This document shows, one piece after another, positions 54,420 through 63,005 of a DNA stretch of 64,000 bases; position 1 is the first letter of the stretch; every line of letters starts with the position of its first letter. A program made the position numbers and the translations under genes. Under the pieces are notes generated by a model. The model was not told the origin of the DNA. It saw only the letters and a program-made list of their open reading frames with translations, and ran no database searches. Origin of the DNA: an uncultured Nitrospinota bacterium (GTDB lineage Bacteria > Tectomicrobia > Entotheonellia > J063 > CAVPRW01); NCBI GenBank assembly GCA_963707985.1, contig CAVPRW010000031.1:160001-224000 (forward strand). The letters are read 5' to 3'.

Positions 54420-54940
54420 GATGTAAGCCTGTCAACTATGACCGCATGTGTTCCCCATCGCACGTCGAGGATGGGTAAGCACGGGGCCTCTGGCCCCATG
54501 CCATGTGTCCGCTCACGGTAGGTAGTTCCGTGCCGTCGTCGGTGCCAGGTGACTTTTCTCTCGGATCGTGAACTTGGGTCGACATGCATCGCCACTCAGC
54601 GTGGTTGTCCTTGGCCCTTCAGGATATCGGTGATGGCCTGTAAGAGGTCATCCGCCGGATGTAGGCCCCAGTACCGGTACCGGTCACCATGCCAATACCC
54701 TCAGTCCTCAACTGTGCCCCGGACAACAGGCTGCGGAACACCATAACATGACCTACTGTATAAGTGAACATGGCTGCATTCACTGTCCCCTCCGTAGCGC
54801 TCAGGCTAACATGATTCACCGCATATATAGTTTCAAAAGCCATCGTGCGCGTGTGAGGCGTTGGGGGCAGGAGAACCCGATGGGGCAATGATCAGGGCTG
54901 GCGTTAGCGGGATACTCGCAGAGCCGCCAGCACCAGCTGA

Positions 54941-55545
54941 TTAGTCTGCTAGCACCGGTGTTTTTGCCGTGTACTTGAAGGCGGGCATGACCTCCATGGC
55001 AAAGCGCTCAAGTTATTCCAACACCACCGTTTTCCGTATGCCGACCGATAAGCTGACCATCACCCGCTCAAGACCCGGGTAGCGTTCTTCCAGTGCTTTG
55101 AGATGCTCGATCATCTGCTCAGGCGATCCGCAAAGCACGCCACCCTTGTTGATGGCATCCTCAATGGTGGGCAGCCCTGCAAATGGAGCGTTGCTCAGGT
55201 CACCCATCGCTTCGATCTGCTGGTCGGTTAGGGCGCGCACCAGCAGCAGCGGTCCGAACATTTTCAGGTTCTCTTCGTCATACTTGCCTGCCTCACGAAT
55301 CCCCTGTTCTCGGCTATCGGCGAGATGGAAATGATATCCGCAGCACAGGCCTTCACCCAGCTCCAAATGACGCCCAACACGGGCTTGGGCCGCTTGCCAA
55401 TCCAAGACGACCTTGTGTATCGCGCCACCTTCGGCCGAACCACCACCCACCATGCCCTGAATGCCGCACTTAGCCATGAAGTCGAGAGCATGCTGGGCCC
55501 CCCTGAATGGGTTGCCAGCACTCCACAGGGCGCGGCAGTGGCCAA
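54941..55545 (-). pseudogene. 3' half of an LLM-class flavin-dependent oxidoreductase
   Basis: RPVECWQPI / LDFMAK..LCGSPEQ..LE*LERFAMEVMPAF; internal stop at 55013. Confidence 0.75.
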
Positions 55546-55823
55546 AGAGGAGGGAGCAGGGCGGCGAGCTTCCATTCAGCCTCCGCGCAGAGGCCGTCGT
55601 CCGTCGCATGGGGAACTTCATAACTGAAGGCATTGCCGGTCGGATCGATGGTCAGGGTGAAGGCTTCACGGATACCGGCTAACTGAGAGCGTTCCAGCAT
55701 TGTCACATCGACGACATGCAGAAGCAGGAGCTCACCTCCCACCGCATCACTCAGTTCGACCGCGTGCCTGACGGCAATCCGTGAGGTCTCTGAGAAATCC
55801 GTTGGCACGAGAAGACGTTTCAT
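55546..55823 (-). pseudogene. Universal stress protein, N-terminal part only
   Basis: MKRLLVPTDFSETS..LLLLHV; AAAGGAG RBS. Confidence 0.8.
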
Positions 55824-55949
55824 GCCATCTCCTTTACAGCGATGATGGTGCATGATCCATTAGTCGTACCCCCCTCTCAAGGGATGTTGAGGCTTCCAAC
55901 CTGCGATTGCACCGATAGGATCTGGGACTTGATGGAGCATGGCCAACAG

Positions 55950-55965
55950 AGCACAATCGATGCCA
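55950..55965 (-). promoter_or_regulatory. sigma54 promoter upstream of the usp relic
   Basis: TGGCATCGATTGTGCT; palindrome TGTTGTT-TC-AACAACA at 56054-56069. Confidence 0.6.
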
Positions 55966-56101
55966 CGTAGTATAGGGGGTGGATAACTCATTGTGGCATG
56001 ATGCTGTGTCCTTCCGTCTGCTGTGCGCCGCGGCGACGCGACACCGCCTCGACTGTTGTTTCAACAACACCGCGCCAGCACATTGCGTCGCCAGCATCAG
56101 G

Positions 56102-57478
56102 CTACAGCATGCCAAATTGCTTCATGCGGTGGCGCAGAATGTTACGGGTGATGCCCAGCAGGTGAGCGGCTCGAACTTGATTGTGTTTGGTGAGCTCCAG
56201 GGCTTTGCGGATCAGGCGATCTTCGACACGGTGATAGGCTTGACCGGCATGCGACAGGAGAATCTGTTCGAGCCCTTCGTCGAGGGGATCACGTAGGGGA
56301 GCCAGCTGTCCGCGGGTGATTGAACGCTCGCCGAAGCGCAAATCTTCGGCGGTGATCAAATATCCACGGCACGTCATGAGCGCCTGCTTCATGGTATTTT
56401 CCAACTCTCGGACATTTCCTGGCCACGTATGAGCGCTCAAGGCTTCGAGCGCCTCAGGGGCAAACCCACCAACCGGCCGCTCCAGCTCCCGGCTGTAGCG
56501 CGTCAGAAAGTGCTGGGCGAGCAGAGGAATGTCTTCCTGCCGGGCTCGTAGAGGGGGTAGATGCAGATGAATCACATTCAGCCGGTAGTACAAATCTTCG
56601 CGAAACTCCGCACGTGCGACAGCCCCCTCCAAGTCTCGATTGGTGGCGGCAATGATGCGCACGTCGATGGGCATGGATTCACGCCCCCCGAGGCGGCGAA
56701 TCTCTTTCTCCTGCAGGGCGCGTAGCAGTTTCGCTTGTACGGTTAGGGGGAGCTCCCCGGCTTCATCGAGGAACAGCGTGCCCCCCGAGGCTTCCTCAAA
56801 CGATCCGGGCTTCCGTTCGATGGCGCCGGTGAAGGCTCCTTTTTCATGGCCGAAGAGCTCGCTTTCCAGCAGTGACTCAGGGATGGCGGCACAGTTCAGA
56901 GCGACCCAGGGGCCATCGGCCCGCAGGCTATGCTGATGGATCGCGCGTGCGACCAACTCTTTACCGGTCCCACTCTCCCCGGATAACAGCACCGTCGTGT
57001 CTGTCGGGGCGACACGGCCGATCATCTTATACAGGTCTTGCATCGCCACGCTGCGGCCGAGGAGGGGGGTCGCCTGGTTGGACTCGGGTAACAAGAGCGT
57101 GTCGATCTGGCCTGTTAGTGCCCGCAAATGCAGGGCTTTGGTCATAATGCCCCGGAGACTGGCGATATCAACCGGCTTCAAGAGGTAATCGTAGGCGCCG
57201 TGCTTCATGGCGGTGATGGCGGTTTCTGTCGTGCCATAGGCGGTTAGGAGGATCACCGGCACATCCCGATCGAGGGCTTTGATACGTTGCAGAGTTTCCA
57301 GACCATCAGCCCCGGGTAGCTTGACATCCAGGAGGATCAGGTGCGGTTTTTCGCTGCTCAGTCGTTGGAGAGCTTCCTCTCCGGAAAAGGCACTGATGAG
57401 CCGGAAGGCCTCTCCTAGCGCCCGTTGTAACGAGTAGTGCACATTCCGCTCGTCATCGACCAGCAAGATTTTGTTCAT
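56102..57478 (-). CDS. sigma54-dependent response regulator (NtrC/AtoC family)
   Basis: Receiver LVDDE, GESGTGKE, GAFTGA, WPGNVREL, HTH. Confidence 0.93.
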   Translation of the reverse strand: MNKILLVDDERNVHYSLQRALGEAFRLISAFSGEEALQRLSSEKPHLILLDVKLPGADGLETLQRIKALDRDVPVILLTAYGTTETAITAMKHGAYDYLLKPVDIASLRGIMTKALHLRALTGQIDTLLLPESNQATPLLGRSVAMQDLYKMIGRVAPTDTTVLLSGESGTGKELVARAIHQHSLRADGPWVALNCAAIPESLLESELFGHEKGAFTGAIERKPGSFEEASGGTLFLDEAGELPLTVQAKLLRALQEKEIRRLGGRESMPIDVRIIAATNRDLEGAVARAEFREDLYYRLNVIHLHLPPLRARQEDIPLLAQHFLTRYSRELERPVGGFAPEALEALSAHTWPGNVRELENTMKQALMTCRGYLITAEDLRFGERSITRGQLAPLRDPLDEGLEQILLSHAGQAYHRVEDRLIRKALELTKHNQVRAAHLLGITRNILRHRMKQFGML

Positions 57479-59162
57479 AGGCGTTCTCACCCACGAGGGG
57501 TAATTCGATGCGAACCGTCGTGCCGATGCCCGGCTGGGATGTCACGCGAATCGCCCCACCATGCCCTTCGATGATACGTTGCGAGATCGATAACCCTAAA
57601 CCAACTCCTCTGGGCTTGGTGGTGAAGAAGGGGGTGAAGAGCTGGGCCTTCACCGCTGCCGGCATGCCTTCGCCCTGGTCATGAATGTCGGTGGTGATGC
57701 ATGAATCGCCGGCGTATAGCCGCACCTCGATGGCTCCTCCAGACGGCATGGCCTGCATGGCATTGAGCAGGATATTGAGAAACACCTGCTTGATTTGAGT
57801 CCCATCCACACAGACGACGGGGAGATCGTTGGGCCAGGCTTTGGCAATGCGAATACCGCGGCGGCGGGCTTCAGTCCGCACCAGCAGCAGCGTTTCCTCC
57901 ATGATTTCCTGGAGCTTCTGAGGGGTGACGGCTGGGCGCTTCGGCCGTGCGAAATCCAGAAATTGCTCCACAAGCAGGGTCAGCCGCCCGATCTCGCTCT
58001 GCATGACCTCCAGATCCGCAGATAGCGTCCTGGAGCGTAGACAATCCTTCTGCATGGCGTAGGCTAAGAGCTGCATGGTGTGTAGAGGATTGCGAATCTC
58101 ATGTGCCAGGCCAGCAGACATGCTTCCCAGAGCCGCAAGCCGTTCCGATTGCCGGAGTTGTTCCTGGGTGTCGAGCATTGCTTGGTATAGTCGAGCGTTC
58201 TCAATCGCGGTAGACGATTGCGCGGCGAGTGCCAGCAACAATTCCACCTCTTCCGCCCGGAACCGGCGTGGCTCCATGGTGTACACCGTGAGCAGGCCGA
58301 TGAGTCGGACGCTCGTTCGCAGAGGGATGCACAAGAGGGAGCTCAAGCCTGCCTGAGCAGCTAACTGCGCATAGGGCGCATGCGTGTTGTCTTGAAGATC
58401 CAGGATGGCGAGTGGTGAGCCGCTGCGCACCACCTCGCCGAGGACACTGGTCGTCAGGTCTAGCGGCGGACGTTGCATCCAGGTCTGGTTACCGCCATAG
58501 GTGGCCTTCATCCGCAGCGTTTGGCCTGTGTCATCCACCAGCATGAGTGCCGCGGCTTGTGCCCGCAACAGGCGTGCTGCATGGCGCACGACGCGCTTGA
58601 AGACCTCATCGAGATCGAGACTGGCGGTGATATCGCTGCTAACCTCGATGAGGGTGCAAAGCTCCTCTTTCTGCCGCAGCAGGTCGCGATACAACGAATC
58701 GTTGTGCAGGGCATGGGCGGCAAGATTTGCGAGTGCTTCCAGGAAAGGCGCTCGATCATGTTTCGCCCATACCTCCGACAGATCCCATAAGGTCAGGATT
58801 CCCAAGACGTCGCCGCGTGCCAGCAAGGGAATTCCCAGGCTCACCTGGTAGTCCTCCAGGGCATGGCTGGAGCCGGCCCGCATCGATTCCAGCCGCACCA
58901 CCTTCCCTTCACGGATGACATTTGCCCACGGCGGGGCATCGGCAGGGACTTCTTGAGCATCGGCGATGTCCTCCCCCTCGCCGAGGTGGAGCAGAAGTGT
59001 CCTACGGTCAGCCTTGAGCAGGAGTATCTGCCCTCCGCGGCCACCTGTCAGCCTCAGCGCCTCCCGCAAGAGAGTGCGTAGCAGTGAGGAGCTTTGTGTT
59101 CCCATGGCCAGCAGGCGAGTCAGGCGGTACAACGTGCGCAGTTCACCCTCCCTGTTGTTCAT
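57453..59162 (-). CDS. Soluble double-GAF sensor histidine kinase
   Basis: Two GAF domains, AHEIRNPL H-box, N/G1/F/G2 boxes. Confidence 0.92.
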   Translation of the reverse strand: MNNREGELRTLYRLTRLLAMGTQSSSLLRTLLREALRLTGGRGGQILLLKADRRTLLLHLGEGEDIADAQEVPADAPPWANVIREGKVVRLESMRAGSSHALEDYQVSLGIPLLARGDVLGILTLWDLSEVWAKHDRAPFLEALANLAAHALHNDSLYRDLLRQKEELCTLIEVSSDITASLDLDEVFKRVVRHAARLLRAQAAALMLVDDTGQTLRMKATYGGNQTWMQRPPLDLTTSVLGEVVRSGSPLAILDLQDNTHAPYAQLAAQAGLSSLLCIPLRTSVRLIGLLTVYTMEPRRFRAEEVELLLALAAQSSTAIENARLYQAMLDTQEQLRQSERLAALGSMSAGLAHEIRNPLHTMQLLAYAMQKDCLRSRTLSADLEVMQSEIGRLTLLVEQFLDFARPKRPAVTPQKLQEIMEETLLLVRTEARRRGIRIAKAWPNDLPVVCVDGTQIKQVFLNILLNAMQAMPSGGAIEVRLYAGDSCITTDIHDQGEGMPAAVKAQLFTPFFTTKPRGVGLGLSISQRIIEGHGGAIRVTSQPGIGTTVRIELPLVGENAYEQNLAGR

Positions 59163-59388
59163 AAGGACCCCACACTGTGAAGCAAGCACGAGAAGCCGTC
59201 GGTGCAGGCACCCACCCTTACCATATCTCGTACATTTGTCGATGCATGTGCCCCAGCCTAGCAGCGACACCGCGTGCGCTCTACGCACGGAGAACGACTC
59301 CGCGCGCGCCAGCGTGTCCCAACGCCGGTGACGTGACGTGTCTCCAGGGCGTGCACTTCAATTGACAATCCGGCAAGGAAACTATGGG

Positions 59389-59403
59389 GCAAAGCGCGTG
59401 CCA
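59389..59403 (-). promoter_or_regulatory. sigma54 promoter of the kinase-regulator operon
   Basis: TGGCACGCGCTTTGC, near-perfect consensus. Confidence 0.7.
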
Positions 59404-59835
59404 TCGTTGTAGAGACTGCCACGATGGCGACGGAAGATGCTGATGATGCGCGGCGGACATGGCAGCAGCGAAGCCTGCAGATGGGCTGCTGCTGTGGGCA
59501 GCAGCTCCGGAAGTCGGGGGTAGGCTGCACTCTGGAGGGCATTAATGCTTAAAACTGCGCAGGAAATAGGCAGATACGAAACCGCTTAGCCTGTGTCGCG
59601 ACAGTGGTAATAGGATAGGCGCTCGTGAGGCGTTGCGGGCGAGGGTCCTCCGCGAGGAATGTCAGACGGGACAACGTTCGCTACCTAGCTCTTGTCCTCA
59701 AAGATATTGATGATAATTACAAGTTAATTTTAAGATCTAGAGATTTAAAAAAATATAATGTTTTAGTATATGATAAAGAGTAATTTTTATGATATTAATG
59801 ATATCAAATGATTAAAAAAGTAGATAAAATACTTC

Positions 59836-59863
59836 TTGACTCTCAGCTGACGGCAGGTATGAT
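59836..59863 (+). promoter_or_regulatory. sigma70 promoter with AT-rich upstream tract
   Basis: TTGACT-N16-TATGAT, preceded by very AT-rich 59700-59835. Confidence 0.55.
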
Positions 59864-59869
59864 CTGAGC

Positions 59870-60790
59870 TGTGAACGGCGACGGTTCAGTTCTCGGATGA
59901 ACGTTGGATGCTACGTCCGCCACCGCCATATCGATGGCACAAGGCAGGCTTGGCTCAGTCAGTTGCGGTGGGATGACCTCCACACGCAGGCCACTTCAAA
60001 CCGACAGAGGTGATAGCCGCCGACGATGATGGTAACCTGATCGGTACAGACGATCAAAGCCCTGCCGTAGGACAGTGGACCACGGCAGGATGGGGGGCGC
60101 TAACAGCTGTATGATTAGGCATTAAAAGGGGCCACAAAACAGTGGCCCTCCCCAACAACGGTTGGCCGACCAGGGCTGGGGAGGGCCAGGGTGCAAGACG
60201 CACGTCCTTAATCTTCATGAGGCGGAAGGTACGCCTTTGCTAGCCCACTTTTAGTGAAGCACAAGTGTGAAGCTAGCACAAGGTGTTTCATACCTCCCTA
60301 CCAGACGCCTACGTGCGTCCTTTCGGCAGTTAACGCTCTGAGGAGATGGGGCTGCGTTGGCATCTCCTGGGGCGTGTTTTTCCCTTCAGACTTTTACCCT
60401 TTATTGGCTGACAACCAAGCTGCAGCAGCGTGGCTGTCTGTAGCACGGGTATTCTCCTTTCCCGCAGCGGGGTACCAGCTGTCCGCATGCCCATGGGTAC
60501 CCTTGGTTGCGCGCTGATGTTGCCGCAGCCAGGAGTGGGTGCCAAGGCATGGCATTATCGGCGAAGACACCGGGGCAGGTTGGACTGGCGGAAAAGGGGC
60601 AAACCGAGGGGGGCGGAGCCTGGCTTCCCCTTAACAGTGCCTAGGACCAGGCCGCGAGGGCCGCCGGGGAAGTGTCTGTCGACCGGGATTGACCTGGCAC
60701 AGGCATTGAGGTTGTCTAGGGCGCGGCCGACGATGATTGGGGGCGGAGGGCCTCTACATCCGAGGCAAAATGCAGCTCGCGTGTGGGAGA
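59870..60790 (+). ncRNA. Candidate large structured RNA or 5' leader, family unknown
   Basis: No credible ORF; many nested 7-12-bp stems (see findings). Confidence 0.45.
60333..60381 (+). terminator. Candidate intrinsic terminator inside the leader
   Basis: ACGC..AGGAGATG/CATCTCCT..GCGT followed by GTTTTT. Confidence 0.5.
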
Positions 60791-60797
60791 TCCACGT

Positions 60798-62951
60798 ATG
60801 GCTCTTGTAGCACAGCGCGGAATTTCCATCATTCTTCCCGCTTATAATGAAGAAGATAACATCGCCAAAGCTGTTGAGCAGGCGGTGCATTGTGTACGAG
60901 CTTTGTTTAAGGATTGGGAGATCATTGTCGTCGATGATGGTAGTCAGGACAAAACGGGTGAGATTATCGATGGTCTGAGTGAGCAGAACGAGCGCGTGAT
61001 CGCGCGACATCATGCCAACAATAGGGGCTACGGTGCAGCCCTCAAAACTGGCATCATGCAGGCTTGCCAGGAGCTTATCTTCTTCTGCGATTCCGATTTA
61101 CAATTTCATCTCAGCGAGCTCGTGTTGCCGCTTACCTGGATCGAACAATACGACATCGTTATCGGCTATCGAGCGAAACGCCAGGATCCCTGGCATCGTC
61201 GCCTTAATGCGCTAGGTTGGAAGGCGCTTGTCCGCCTCCTGCTGGGGTTGCAGGTGCGTGATATCGATTGTGCCTTCAAATTGTTTCGCAGCGCCGTTTT
61301 CAGCGCCATCAAGATCGATGCCGTGGGCGCCATGGTGAATACCGATATCTTGGTGCAGGCAATGCGCATGGGATTCAAGATCAAAGAGGTGCCGGTGACC
61401 CACTTCCCACGACTACGGGGCCAGCAGACTGGTGCAAACATCCAGGTGGTGCTGAGGGCATTCAAGGAGCTATTCTGGTTATCCCGCAAGCTGCGCAATA
61501 TCCATCCCATTGTGTTCACGTACGATCGCCGGCGAGCCGGGCAGGACCAGTCGTTTCAAGACAGACGCCGTATCGAGCGGCGTCAGGTCATGTTACCGAT
61601 CAATTTTCCCGATCGGCGGCGGCGATTTGTCCGCATTGGCGGTGCCGAAATCCCTCTGACGTTCTCGACCGATGTCACCGCTCTTCTGGCTGGCGTACCA
61701 CGTCGACCGCTCCAAATCGCTATGGTGGTTGCCTCGCCCTTTCCGGCCAATCATGGGACGCCGGCAGGGATTCGGGAGACTGCCGAGGCCATCGCCCAAA
61801 AAGGTCATGGTGTGCATCTCGTGACCTATCACTTCGGGCATGGCAAAGCCCCACAGGGGGTGCGGATCGTACGCATCCCAAACCTCAGGTTTGGGCGGAA
61901 GATCGTGGTGGGCCCCACGTGGCAGAAGCCAGTTCTCGATCTCCTCATGGTGCTGACGCTGTGTCGAGTGATCCGTCGCGAAGGCATTGATCTGATCCAT
62001 GCCCACAACTATGAAGGGGCGCTCATCGGCTTTGTGGCCAAGCTCCTGACTCGTCGACAGTTGATCTACAACGCCGTCAATACGATGAGCGATGAGCTGC
62101 CGACCTATAATTTCCTCAAGCCGCAACGGTTGGCGACCTGGCTGGCGCAGTGTCTAGACCACTACGTTCCACGCACAGCCGATCGGGTGATCGCCATCTC
62201 TGATGAGCTCGGTCGATTCTTGCAGGGGCGCGGCGTTCGATCCGACCATCTCCATGTCATTCCCGCTGGGAGTTGATAGCAGCGCCTTTCAGGATATTCC
62301 CGAGGGCCAGCGCCAGGCGCTGCGCGCGCGGCATGGCATCGGCGATCGACCGCTGGTGATGTATACCGGCGTTCTCGATCGCTTTCAGCGTCTCGATTAC
62401 TTGCTGCAGGGGATGCGGATCGTTGTCGATCGGCTGCCGGAGGCCCGGCTCCTGTTGGTGGCCAATGTGGCGACGGCAGAGGACCTGCAGGAGTGCCGTC
62501 AGATGGTCACCGCACTCGATCTGGAACAGCACGTCGCCATCGTCATGCATCGGTCCTTTCTGCGGAGATCCCGCTCTTTCTGGCAGCTGCGGATGTGACC
62601 GTGGTGCCACGCCCCCAATGTCCTGGATTCCCGGTCAAACTGCTCAATTACATGGCGGCGGGAAAACCCATCGTGGTCTTTGAAGGATCGGCCAAGGGTT
62701 TGCAGCATCTGCACAGTGCCCTAGTCGTACCGGACCACGACTGGCAAGCGCTGGGGCACGGCATGCTCACGCTCTTGCAAGACCCAGCCCTGGCCCACCG
62801 GCTGGGCCACAGTGCTCGCCGATGGGCTCACGAACACCTCGCATGGCCAACCCTGGCGGCGAAAATCGAGAATGTCTACTACGAGTTGCTGGAGCCGCAC
62901 GCCTACGTTGCACAGCGCGACACTACCCCAGTCGGCATCGAGGTCCGTTAA
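60798..62951 (+). CDS. GT2-GT4 fusion glycosyltransferase, frameshifted near 62265 and 62575
   Basis: GT2: ILPAYNEE, VDDGSQD, GYGAAL, DIDCAFKLF. GT4: IHAHNYEG, MYTGVLDRFQ, FPVKLLNYMAAGKPIV. Confidence 0.88.
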
Positions 62952-63005
62952 GACCCACGCCGCTTTCGCGCCATAACCCTCGGTGAACGTAAAGGTGCCT
63001 GGACT

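Noticed and set aside
60696..60711. TGGCACAGGCATTGAG as a sigma54 promoter for the GT
   Set aside because: The -12 element is GA rather than GC; not called, but if functional it would shorten the proposed leader
59870..60790. RNase P, tmRNA, tRNA or group II intron
   Set aside because: No GAGGAAAGUCC, no tRNA-like ends, and no domain V motif found by eye
60254..61013. ORFs 60254-60517, 60330-60545, 60430-60810, 60555-61013
   Set aside because: No recognisable motifs; they overlap the structured region or run antisense to the GT
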